A program made the position numbers and the translations under genes. Source: Lepidodermella squamata (Eukaryota > Animalia > Gastrotricha). Taken from it: a stretch of 64,000 nt of DNA. The notes below the pieces were generated by a model, which was not told the origin of the DNA, did no database searches, and saw nothing but the letters and a program-made list of their open reading frames with translations. The stretch lies in contig JBLDXI010000010.1 of NCBI GenBank assembly GCA_047495785.1, positions 2,108,001 through 2,172,000 of the forward strand, read 5' to 3'. Positions 37,557 through 49,175 of the stretch are shown piece after piece (position 1 is the first letter of the stretch; each line of letters begins with the position of its first letter).

Positions 37557-37733
37557 TATCGCGGGGTGGGCGACAGAACGACTAGCCCAAAATAGAAAAA
37601 ATGGCATATCCGCCACCCGCTAAGTCAGTCGCAAGATAGCTGAGCGCCAGTTTTTTCTAGGCATCATTTTTTCTGAGCCATTGTTTCTATTCCAGGCCTA
37701 TTTCTATTCAGTCGTTCTGCCCAACCCGCGATA
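37557..37733. mobile_element. MITE
   Basis: atatcgcggg..gggc..cagaacgact / agtcgttctgcccaacccgcgatat inverted ends. Confidence 0.5.
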
Positions 37734-38808
37734 TGTTAGCGACACGATTAAGGAATTATATTAGGAATTATATTAGGAAATCCTAATTATCGGATTTACT
37801 TAGCGATTAATTGTTGTCGCAGTCGAGCGAAGCGAGAAAAGTAACCAGCAACTAGTCTCTTTATTCCGCTAGATAAGAGCGCTAGAAGTTAGCGAGTTGC
37901 TAGCCGAAGTTTTTATCGTCGGAACTTAGCTCGAAGCTTAGCTTCGGGTCACACGACCAAACGGAATAGGATAACCTCTGCCGCGATTTGACGCCGCCCG
38001 TGCTTCGCATGCTTGGCTGTAACCCACAACAACCTCTTCGAATAGAACTGCCTTCTTTCGCACGTTGCTCGACAGGCCCAGTTCAGTGCTTTGGATTTGA
38101 TTTGATTTAATTTAGACCTTATTTTCGCTTATTTAGATTTATAATGATTGATTTACGCAGGGCGGCCATTTGATTTGATGTATTTTGATTTACCATCAGA
38201 GATGCAATCGAAAAACTTGAAATCTTGGATGCCGCTAAACTGAGGTCTTACCGCCTTTTTGATAAAAATATGTTCTCAGGCATTTGTTAAAATTTTTGGA
38301 ATAAGGCACGCGAGACCCTTTGCGGGCCTCTTTTCATGCGCAGCCCCGAAAAAGTTTGACCACTGACTTAACTTAACCTTTCAGGCTGGCACTAAATTTT
38401 TCCGACTCTTTGCGAAATCGGCTTTTTCGTTTTTACCGATACTTTTGCCCTTCCTGAACATTTTAGCCACGCGTTATCCTAGGCTATGCAGGAAAACTAT
38501 CATTGTTCCAAGCCGGTTGACATTATGTATCTGGAAAATCATGGATCCTTGATTTATAGAGTCGATACTTTGAATTTACATCGGCTGAAGTATAACGAGC
38601 GAAATTACGCCTCAGATGATGAGGCAGAAGTAGAAGCCGGTCAATTCTTTCTTGAATCAGCTGATCAGGATGCGAAAGGCCCCGAAATCGTTGATAACGA
38701 GGATGATTTGGATATGCAGAATCAGAATCGAGTCTTAAAAGATTCCATGTATACACGCTGTCGCGCTGGCTTATTAACTCCGATCACATCCAATCCCTGA
38801 CGAACACC

Positions 38809-39382
38809 CAGGGCCGGATTAACGCATGTGCACAGAGGGCACGTGCTCAGGGGCCGCCAGAAAGTGGTGAAATGTTCACTTTTACTGAACATTCCCGGAA
38901 TATTATTGGGCCTTTATTAGGTTGTTATGCAATTCATTTTGAACAAGCGCAAAAATCAATGAGAGCTGAATCCTCTTGCCTCTTGCCTCAATGTTTTCCG
39001 AGTTTACTTTATCATAATGAAACTGGAAAAGCAACGATTTTTCTGCATTTTCAGGATATTCAGGAAAATCTCTCGCTTCGCTCGTGGTAAGGTGACAATA
39101 TTCCAAAGTTGCGGTCATTTTGTTGGAAAATCGAAGACACTTGATAACATAAACTCCAGCTATGTGAGCAATGTTAGGTGGCTTGTAGCAACAAATTACC
39201 AAATCATAATCAAATTTTAAAAGGGATTCTTGCTTTTGAATCTCTATTCCATCAGGAAATTGAGAACATTTACTTTAATCATGGTTTCAGGTATGAAAGC
39301 CTAGTTTTAGCGGAAAAATATGATGAGTAGGGCCGCCAATCAGAAAGTGCCCAGGGGCCACCCGAATGTTAATTCGGCCCTG
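38809..39382. mobile_element. hAT-type MITE
   Basis: cagggccg(g/a)attaac TIR; 8-bp TSD cgaacacc on both sides. Confidence 0.85.
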
Positions 39383-39886
39383 CGAACACCATTCTATTCC
39401 TCTGGTATTGCGTGGTAACCCTCGTGGTTACCACCATCCCGCCATGGCCCCGCTCTAGCTTTGGCCGAACCGAGTACGCAAACCGTGGTCGAGGGTCGTC
39501 GAGGCGTGGCCAGTTGGCCGCACCATGTTAATGATGCAACATGCCGGTCACATTTCCGTCGTATATTACCACCTAATTTCATATGACGCGTGTTCGCCTG
39601 GGTGGTAGCACATAAATAACACAAATGCGGTTGCGCTACGGCACAGCTACGGCTAGTGCTATTTCAGTGCTATCACGGTTCGGCATAGCACTTTTTAGTG
39701 CTAAGGCGAGCTTGAAATTTTTTCAAAACGTCGAAACAAGCATTGGATTTTCAGGAAATTCCGTCGGATATGTTTGCATAAGAGGAAGGCTACCTGAAAA
39801 CAAGCCAAAAACTGAAAAACACAGTGAGGCTAGAAAAATTTCGAAAATTCAGCATGTATCCAGCTGAGTATCATCGGCTGAATGTA

Positions 39887-40317
39887 CCGTAAACTATAGT
39901 ATAAAGGCCGCGGCGACTAATTTTCCTGATTTTTGAAAAAGAGGCAAAAAGTGCGGCGATTATTCGAGTGCGGTCTTTATTTCCCTCAATTTTTCAAAAC
40001 TTGAGATGTAGCAGGCGTAACAGGTGTAACAAGGGATTCACTTTGCGCAGAAGCAGCTCACGCCGCCAATTCACGCGCGGCTCTTCAGATAATCCGCCTC
40101 CTCGACGTCACCCTGGGAGTAGGGAGTAGGTCGGCGTAGCGGTAGAAGTCGCAGTGGGGGTGCCATCTGGCGATTCGCCTGGGTTGGCTGTTGATCGCGT
40201 GCGATTATTCGCGCGCGGCCTTTATTTATGCTGAGTTGATGAAAATAAGGTTATTTTGCGGCGATTATTCGGGTGCGGTCTTCATTCAGGATGCGGCCTT
40301 TTTACTGTAGTTTACGG
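39887..40317. mobile_element. Tc2/pogo-type MITE
   Basis: TA-ccgtaaacta..gta.aaaggccgc ... gcggcctttttactgtagtttacgg-TA. Confidence 0.8.
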
Positions 40318-40403
40318 TATATCGGATGTTTCCCCAAGTAGTAGGTGCGCTAAATACTAACTGCAATGACATTTATACAAAGAAAAAGTCTGATAGAAAA
40401 TCA

Positions 40404-40745
40404 TTGACAACGTGACTCGGGAAATTGAGTCTCCGGAACCCGTCAAATCAGGCTGGAAACTAATAATACACTCTAATATCAGCCAGAACCAGAACGCTAT
40501 GTTATTGGGAACTTTGGGAATCCAGGGCGATCGGGTAGTGAAAGGCGGGCCGGTTCCAGGGCATGCAACTAACAGCTGGGATCCCCGAGAACACACTGAC
40601 AACGTGGCTCGGGAAGGTGCGCCTCCGGAACCCGCCAAATCAGGCTGGAAACTATACTCTAAAATCAGCCAGAATGCTATGTTATGTTGATGTTATGGGG
40701 AACTTTGGGAACCTAAGGGTGAGCATGGGGTGAAAGGCGGGCGGG
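40404..40745 (+). repeat. Tandem duplication of a ~190 bp unit
   Basis: tgacaacgtg.ctcgggaa...ccggaacccg.caaatcaggctggaaacta...gggaactttggga...gtgaaaggcgggc occurs twice. Confidence 0.7.
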
Positions 40746-41492
40746 TTGTGAAACCTTCAACACGTGATCTACAAGAAAACTGCTATCTGTTGCAGTTACC
40801 TGGTTTTTTATCACCGTTCACGTGACCCTTCATGTCCCGCTCACACAGTATGGGGCATAAATATTGAGCCGAATTATTCACAGGGCAGTCATTTCGGCTC
40901 CGATTCTCTCATATTATAAACCGTTGGAAGGCCCATAAAAAATAGTTTATTCCCCTAAACTTTCGCTCAAGTGATCCTGACCGAATTCAAGTTATAGCAA
41001 ATTAAAGAAGCCGTGTTGATCGCACAAAAATCACCATCTTTCAAAAACTTAAATTCTAGTTTTCATACGCATCAAAGGCAAACTCCCACACTCTAAAAAA
41101 TTGACACATCACTATCCCGGCATGCTCTAGGCATCTCTAACAATGATTTGGGACATTCATATATGCCCCATTGCGACACCATGATGCGAGAAAAGGAAGG
41201 CATACACCTCCCAATATTAGCCAAATAAGCGAGATCCCAGTCCAGTGATGAAGAGCTGATAGATCATTTTTTCATTCAAAGGGTTAGAAGGCAACTTCAA
41301 ATATTAATTCGGCAACTTTGGGATGAAATAAAGCGTACGAACACATGTAGTTTTAAAAATGCTACGGCGCGAAATGGCTCGCCAGAGCGATAGCCGTAGC
41401 AGTGCCGTAGTTTCGGGTAGCAGTAGTAACGGTGCGAGTGCTATCAAATTTGACATGTGGACTATGATGCGGGCTACCTGGGCCATTAAATA

Positions 41493-41928
41493 CCGTAGTT
41501 ACAGAAATATAAGCCCCCACTCGTTTAGAAGCCTGGCTCGATTAGAAGCATAGGTAAATTGAAATTCGACGATGCATAGTCCTATCTCGAATAGTAGCCT
41601 AGGCTACTACGGCGCGTGTGCTCTGCTGCGCTGAACGGTATTTGAGAACGAAAATTTCGTGAAGATATGTAATAATCTCGATTTACGATGCGATTAGTTA
41701 AAGCATTCCTTATTATTCCTAATTTTCAGCTATTAGACGACCTAGCTAATAAATAATAATGAAAATGTTGATGCGTTTTGAGATTGAAAGACAGAAAGTA
41801 AAGTCAGGTCTCCGTTGCATAAGGCTATCTCAAATAGAAGCCTAGTCTTGAACAGAAGCCTACTTTTCTCCCCTTTTTTCGAGGTATCATTTGTGTATAA
41901 GCCCGGGTTAGTATTTCGGTAACTACGG
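41493..41928. mobile_element. Tc2/pogo-type MITE
   Basis: TA-ccgtagttac.gaaata ... tatttcggtaactacgg-TA. Confidence 0.75.
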
Positions 41929-42198
41929 TAACTGATTCAATTTCAATTCAAATGGCCTGGACACTCCACATTATTCTAAAAATTAGCTTCTATCATTAGC
42001 GAGCGCTCGTGCCAGCAATATCACGTGCCCCTTATCATTTTATTATTTACTATTATCAGCGTCCTGATGGCTATAAAAGCCGAAGAGAAATATATAACAT
42101 GTTTCTGAGTAGAGCTTTGCAATCGATTTGGTTGTTCAATTTGAATATAATTTAGAGCCTATGCCTGGATCCAAATCCTGGGAAGTAAAATGAAACCC

Positions 42199-44301
42199 GC
42201 GAACTTCTATTTTCTTTTCTCGAACCATTTTAACTTAAAGCGTCGGAACCAGCGGAATATTCAATTTTTATATTTTAAATAATAAGCATCGGAAAAGTCA
42301 TCGTTATAATATTTATTCTTATTTTCCGATGTGTTAAGACCAAAATGTTCGATGAAATAAGTAACTTTCAATGAGTCGCAAAGTAAGACTTAATTAAGAA
42401 CGTCCCCGCCCCCGTCGGCGACCCGCGTCACGCCCGCGAGCAACCGCCGGAGCAACCAGCTCTTCTGGAGGCTCAACCCCGCGTCCACGAGCGCGACCTC
42501 GGTTTCGTGTCATCACTGCTGTAGCGGCAATCGGAGCATCTTCAACGGCCAGCAAATCATCTGATCCCCGTCCTCGTCCTGATCCACGACCTGGGGGCCG
42601 CCCGCGCCCTCTTCCTTGAACAACAGCGGGTATTTGCTCCACTGTGGTGGCTTGTCCTCGACCACGTCCACGGCCGCGACCTCGTGCTCTAGAGCCTCGA
42701 CCAATCGGTGCGCTTTCAGGAGGACCAGCAGGAAAAGTGGCTTCAGTAGCAGTTTCAGGAGCCATGCCAACCTGCTGAGCCAATTACAGCGCACGACCTT
42801 GACGAGGTGGCCTACCCCGAGGGTTACCGCGCAGCACCAGCGGAATCGACTGAATCTAGCTTGTGACCAATATTGGCATATTGGCTCGAAAAAAGCGACA
42901 AACTCAGCATGAACATCGGCTGGCCGCCATCTCATCCTTGGCAAGCTACCACAACAGCAAAAACTAAAAATGAAAAATTGTTAGGTAATTTCGGAATATC
43001 TTAACACCGTCGGAATTACCTCAGGGCGTGACAATGCGAGCTAACGAGCGTTAGTAGGTCGTGTAGCTTGTACCACAATTTGATCCGACTCTAACAACTC
43101 TAACAACAACAAAGGTAAAATTGTCTTACGACCGTCGGAAAGAGGCAAATTACTTACGCCCAAACCATTTCCGCGCGTTGAACGTCACATGAAAATAGCA
43201 CATCAATCGTAGCACTGCTCCCTTGCCAAAGATTGTTTCGATCGCAGTAGTAATATAGCCCGCGCCATCTGCCATTACCGCCATCGGAAGATAAAGCGGC
43301 ATAAACTTTCTCAAACTACCTGCCCAGAACGGCTTCCTATCCTTGTTTGCCAGCGATTCCTTGACTTCCTGGACGACATAAGGTTGTTTGTCATCGACAG
43401 GCTTCTGAGTTCGCTATTCGCACCAGGCACGAAGTTCGGCTGTTCCGAAAGAGCTTAAAAGCGCGTCAGGACCAACAGTTGCCATTCGATGTTTTCTCTT
43501 CAACTGTTGCTTCAAATTGGCGACTTGCCTAGTTGTCAGCTTTGGATTGTCTTTGATGAGCCGCTCCCTGATGTACTGGGGTGCATCATTGATATGATCC
43601 AGCACATATCGCCTCACCTCGGCTGTTAAAACGCTTGTCGAATTGCTGGGATGCACATGAGCGCCGCCACACGCCGAAAACACGGCTTGGTCAGGAGACC
43701 ATTTGAATACACCCCGGTGGGGGCAATCCTTTGAGCCTGACTTCCGATGCTTACAGACGTAATAGCATGTTTGCTTGTTGAAACCGCTCTGGGTAGTGTC
43801 AATCCAAAGAATGCCGTAGTTCCGCTTGACGTAGTCCTTGGCTTCTTGGAATGTAATGCCGAATCGCACTGTTTCGAACGAGTCAAACTCAAATTCATCT
43901 GTCGGCTTCGGGTCGGCAATAAAGTCATTTTCATCGTCAACCAGAGCAGGGTCATCTTCGTCCCAGTCCAGATCTTGATTCTCGACCGACTGCCCATCGA
44001 TAGCCTCGTCGGAGACCTCAAATTCCTCTACGCTTCCGTCAGATTCGTACAATTTCAAAAAATTCATGTTTCAAATGGTGAAAATTGGGATCATAAATTA
44101 ATGTTTAATAAATCGTCCATTGCTGCTTCAATTTAGCTCGAATTCCGACGGTTTAAGGTAGTGCTACGATAAATTAGTCGCGTGTTCCGATGAAATAAAT
44201 CAAAACAAGTCATTCCGATGGTTTAATTTACTTTCCTTGCGATTTTTGTATTTCCGGCGCTTTAAGTCAAAATGGTACGAGAAAAGAAAATAAAGGTTCG
44301 C
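42199..44301 (-). mobile_element. Mutator-like (MULE) element with degenerate transposase
   Basis: ~50 bp TIR gcgaac.t.tattttcttttctcg.accatttt.acttaaagcg.cggaa. ORF 44067-43414 has a WRKY/GCM-type zinc motif (YVCKH..CP..HVH); downstream MADGAGYITTAIETIF..LMCYFHV (MULE D plus CxxH); RGRG/AT-hook-like tail at 42394-42783; internal stop and deletions; no TSD seen. Confidence 0.75.
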
Positions 44302-44473
44302 TGATATTAGCTGAGTCCAATCCTGGAGCTCTGACTGCTTGATTTTTGATTTAGCAGTAGAAGTGTTAGAAATTACAAGATTTGGAACACAGTCGTTACC
44401 AATCTAATATAGCGACAAGCGACAACTAATGCAAAGAGCTTAGAGTAGATGCGGTCATTTTCAACTGCTACAT

Positions 44474-46182
44474 CATCATCATCATTTGGTTTTATTTATC
44501 GTCGTTTGGTGAGGCATACAATAAAGTTTTAACGACGGCGAGAGCGAGAAGTCAAGTAGATTCCGTTCCCCGCGACCTGAAGGCCAGAAGTTCGTGAATG
44601 AAAGCCCTCCATTTCGACCGATCACAAGCTGTCTCCTCAATTTTGTCCCAATTCAGACATTTTTCATTGTAGACGCTTACAAAATTTTTGTAATTTTCAA
44701 GATTTTTTGCTTGCAGTAAGCTTTGAGTATTACAATAATCCCATCCTACCCTGGGCCTGCCTAACTTCCTTTGCCAGCCCTTGGGTGGGGTCCATAAGTA
44801 TGTTTGCTTGACTAGGTTATCGTCATTCATTCTAAGGATGTGCCCTAAGAAACGTAGTTGGTTGTTTTCTATTTGAGCTGACATAGGTTCTATACCTTCA
44901 CAGATTTTTCTTATGTCTTCATTTCTGATTTTATCCATAATCGTGACGTTGGCTATAGCCCTTAGCCACCTCATCTGCACAACATCCAGCCTCAGTTGGT
45001 GAGCTGCAGTTGCATTCCAACTTTCACAAGCGTAGAGGAGTGTCGGGGTCATTACAGCTCGCTTGACCTTCATTTTTGAAGGGATACTAACTTGCGATTT
45101 ATTATTTATGAATTTGTTTAGTGCCCCGAAACAAGACCCGGCTTTTTGCATCCTCTCTTCTATTTCCAGAGTGCAAGTGCCGTCTGAGCTAATTATGCTT
45201 CCTAGATATTTGAAGGTATTTATTCTTTCTAGACTCTCCCCGTTTATTTTTAACTGGGAATCGTCAGGATTTTCGGGCGGTTTGTCCGTTTCTTCGTTTT
45301 TAACAACCATATACTTGGTTTTGGCGACATTAATTTTCAGACCTAACTTTGTACAATTTTCCTCAAAAATGTGTAATAAGTTAGCTATCTCTTCTTTGCT
45401 AGTTCCTTTTAACGTTCCGTCGTCGGCGAATGCTAGACTATTTAATCGCTCTTTTCCTAGAGGAAAACCGCCATTTGCTTTTGCAACTCATTCACATATA
45501 AGGTTGAAAATTATAATGAATAAAAGTGGGGATAGTGGGCAACCTTGTCTGAGCCCCCTTCTTACGTAGAAAAAGGGTGATATTTGATTTTCGATTTTTA
45601 TTGCTACCTTATTGCTATGGTAGAAACTATCAGATCAGTCGGGATTTCGAATTTTTTCAGTGCGTCCCAGACTTTATCTCTATTTACTAAATCGTATGCT
45701 TTTTCCAGGTCTAAGAACACCAGGTGTAGCTCTCGATTATACTCAAGGGTTTTTTCTATAATTTGCCTAAGAACAAAAATACAATCTCGTGTCCCTTTGC
45801 CTTTTTGGAAGCCAAATTGACGGCTGGACAATTTTCCTACCAGATGGTCGCGTAGTTTTCGCTCAAGAATTACAGCATATAATTTACCTACGACGCTTAG
45901 TAGACTAATGCCGCGGTAATTTTCGCATTTGCTTTTCGGCCCTTTATTTTTGTAAATGGGTGCAATTATCATTATCGCAGTGGACCAGTCTCAGGTATGG
46001 TTTTAGTGTGCCAGGCTTCATTCATTAGTATACTGAGCCACTCGACGCCCATTTCGTCGAGTACTTTAATCATTTCGGGTTTTATATCGTCAATGCCGCC
46101 GGCCTTTCCTGATTTCATATGACCTTGGGCATTCTTGATTTCTGCGTTAGTGATAGCCTTCAATTTATTGCCCAAAAATGGG
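44474..46182 (-). mobile_element. 5'-truncated RTE-clade non-LTR retrotransposon (frameshifted RT)
   Basis: NYRGISLLSVVGKLY, QFGFQKGKGT, FLDLEKAYD, GLRQGCPLSP, LAFADD, FKYLGS, LLYACESW, LRFLGHILRM; (TGA)n 3' tail; ~14 bp TSD ttcaact(g/a)ctacat at 44460-44473 and 46183-46196. Confidence 0.88.
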
Positions 46183-46362
46183 TTCAACTACTACATAGCT
46201 AGATAAAAGAGTACTCTTGTATGTAGGTAATATTTAAGTTTCAAATTCTGGGTTTCACCCGGCGCTCCTTCTCCGACCGCAGGGAGGATAAGGATTCCAA
46301 TCGTTGGAAATCGTCGACAATTCAATGGATTTCACAACATAGCGCTGAGTGGTTGGAAACGA

Positions 46363-47607
46363 TCAATAATCTGAAGCAAGAAACTTGGGAAGTACGAATT
46401 GATCAATATTTCCAGTGTGCGACTTTCATGGGGGGATGGGGGGGATCATCCCCCCCAGCTCGGCCGGGCCAAACAGCATAATGACAATTTATCCCACTCT
46501 TTTGTTAATTTTGGAAGGTTCTGGGGCGTGTTTTAGTGGAAAATTTCCAAAATTTTCTCGCTTCGCTCGGTTATTAGCCGAAATGACTCGTCATTTTGGC
46601 AAATACAGCAAACAAATTTTTTCCATCCCTGGGAGCTCGGGGATCGAAGATCGCACCCTGAATATTTCGGAAAGCACCGTCTTTCTTGAGTTGCTCGAAT
46701 ATGCCCTTCAAAAGCTCCTTCTCATCCAACAACGGCCACTTGCATCGGCTGGCTTCAACGAATGAAGGATGATTTCTTTGACGGTTCGCGAACTGATGAA
46801 GTGAAACGGAACCTCTGAGCTATCCTTCATTCTCGCGACGTTGTATTCCAGGAATTGGTCTCTGTAATTAGTCTTGATTTTAATTCTGACGGCGTCAGCT
46901 ACACGTTTCCGCTCGTTGACAGGACAATCCTCCCAATATTTATTCTCCGAGTCGTAGTAATCGTTGGCCAGATCCGCATCCGCCTTCGACCTCACGAAAA
47001 CAACACTCTGGCCATGCAGAATCGCCTGTTTCGCAAACCCAACATCAAATTCCGACAGGCGATTGCCAGTCACAATGATCAACGCGTCCATCAAGTACAA
47101 AAAGTTGTCGGCGTAGTAACTCGCAACCGGATGCTTTTGTGTTGCCGAACCGGGCACGTCCCAGAACACGACGCTGTTCGCATTATCAGCGTAAGGCGCT
47201 GGCTTCATTGTTCCTTCGACAACGCTCACGTGAGCCTTCGCGCCCGGAACCAGCGCATTGATCAGGCTTGACTTGCCAACGCCGGCTTGCCCACTAATTG
47301 CTAAGTTAAACTTGTCGAGATTGAGGCCGAAATCTTTCGCCTTCCGCTTGATTTCCGCCTCCATTTGCTTGCGCTTAGTCTCTTTCTCAGCTTCGATGCG
47401 TTGCTTTTCTTCGAGCAGCTTTTGCTTTACGGCTTTGTCGGTTTCAACTGCCATGTTGTTTTGCAGTTGCGATATTTGGGCTTGGAGCGTTTCAAGCATA
47501 TTCTAGTAGCAAAGGTCACACTAATTTGAAAGAAGTTATTGGCATCATACTGAAATTTCTGGTGGTACTCGATACTCAATGACACGTCTGCTTCGCCCGC
47601 CACCCAT
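46363..47607 (-). pseudogene. IRG-like GTPase type A (A3), disrupted near its 3' end
   Basis: Exon 1 47607-47551 (MGGGRSRRVIEYRVPPEIS), exon 2 from 47502; G motifs intact. Frameshift near 46765 and a hAT MITE before the last codons (IDQFVLPKFLASDY*). Confidence 0.8.
46413..46660. mobile_element. hAT-type MITE inserted in the A3 coding sequence
   Basis: cag(t/g)gtgcga TIR; 8-bp TSD aatatttc at 46405-46412 and 46661-46668. Confidence 0.85.
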
Positions 47608-47908
47608 GATGATGAATAAAGAGCAACAAATCAAACTCAAATACCTAAAATGCAAGAAATATTTTGAATAATGTAAAAATTGAAATTAGCACAATATTTA
47701 GCTGGCTATAGCAAAGCATACCGTCATTTGGGGCTATCGCAGGATAAGGGGCTATTCGGTAACAAGTTTGTTCAATTAGTAGATTGAGGCTTCTGAAAAT
47801 ATTACCCATAATAATAAGCTGGGAAGAAGGAAGAAAATTCAAACTTGAAATATTTGGAAATTATTGCAGAATTCGCAGACATCATGAGCCCGATCCCGAT
47901 AGGAATAG

Positions 47909-48094
47909 TATATCGTTAGCGGCGCGCCAAAACAACCACTTAGATGATTCATTCGATCGTACTTGAAGTCGCCGAACGTAATGATAAAGTACGATAGGCC
48001 ATTTGAGCACTGATTTTTTCTACTCTCGATCGTACTATCCTTATAAAATCTATAAATAGTAAAGTGGTTGTTTTGGCGCGCCGCTAACGATATA
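47909..48094. mobile_element. MITE upstream of A3
   Basis: ~33 bp TIR tatatcgttagcggcgcgccaaaacaaccactt. Confidence 0.8.
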
Positions 48095-49175
48095 AATGTT
48101 GCCATAGTTCCGCTTTGTAGCATATTTTGCATACACGTGGCTTTTATAGGAAAAACAATACCGAATATTTCATTGGTATTGAGATCAATAGAGTAGATAG
48201 AGAAAAAATCAATAGAGAAAACACCGATTCGACGCAAATATGAATCACAATTTTCATTGATGCAAAACGTTCAAGTGGTGGAGCAATCGCGTGCCAGCAA
48301 TAAATAATCACTGGCATCACTGGCACCACTAAATATCAGAATATCTATTTTTTATCTTTGCAACCGAAGTTTCAGCTCTTGCGATAAAACAATATCTATA
48401 TCTTCAATAGCAACTGACGCCGGCACTTACAAGTGCAGAAAAATGTGTTTTAGGGTCAAGTGTTTTAGTGGTTTCGAAGGCCGACTAAACCAAGTGGTTA
48501 GTTTTCTAAATTTTCGTAAAATAAATCAGCTGGTAGAGATTTACGCTGGCTGCCATAATCAACAAAAATATTCCCGGCACCAATTTTTGTCGATTTTCTA
48601 TCGAATTTTTAAAATGGCAATTTCCCGACGAAACTTGGGCTCGTTCGATAGATGATGAGTAGACGAATTCAGTCGAATTTACTTTCATTTTTTCTGATAC
48701 GGTGGCATGTAAAATTTCGGCCCGTGAACTTGAGCCACTTTCGTAGGTTTGCCAAAAAAGAGTTGTTTTTAAAATTGAGTAGAAAATCAACCAAAATTGC
48801 CGCTGAAGCAAATTTTAGTGATTCGGATAGCTCGTGAAATTCCCTGCGCAAGCCCTAATTTTAACAAGAATTAAGCTCACTAACCATTTTGTTAAATCCA
48901 TCTTCAAAAACGATAATTTTTCAAGCATGCGATCTCCTTCTCGTTAAAAGAGCGTGAAAAGTAAACAATTTTATACGCTATGTGAGAACTGTAAGTTTCC
49001 GATCTTGTATTGCTTATAACCGCACTCTAATTTCGTCATAATACATCATCAATTAGCTCTAAACCCGATATCGATTCTCCCGTATTGCCTAGATAACAAT
49101 AATCCTTGCAGCTCGCATCGACCCACTTTTATCTAGGCTTTTATCACGCTTTCTAAAAATTCATTTGTTCAGCAC

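Noticed and set aside
38486-38800. 104 aa acidic ORF next to a hAT MITE
   Set aside because: No recognisable motif; may be a transposase remnant but unsupported
42394-42783. RGG-rich ORF as an independent RNA-binding protein
   Set aside because: Lies inside the MULE TIRs, downstream of and on the same strand as the transposase; best explained as its basic C-terminal tail
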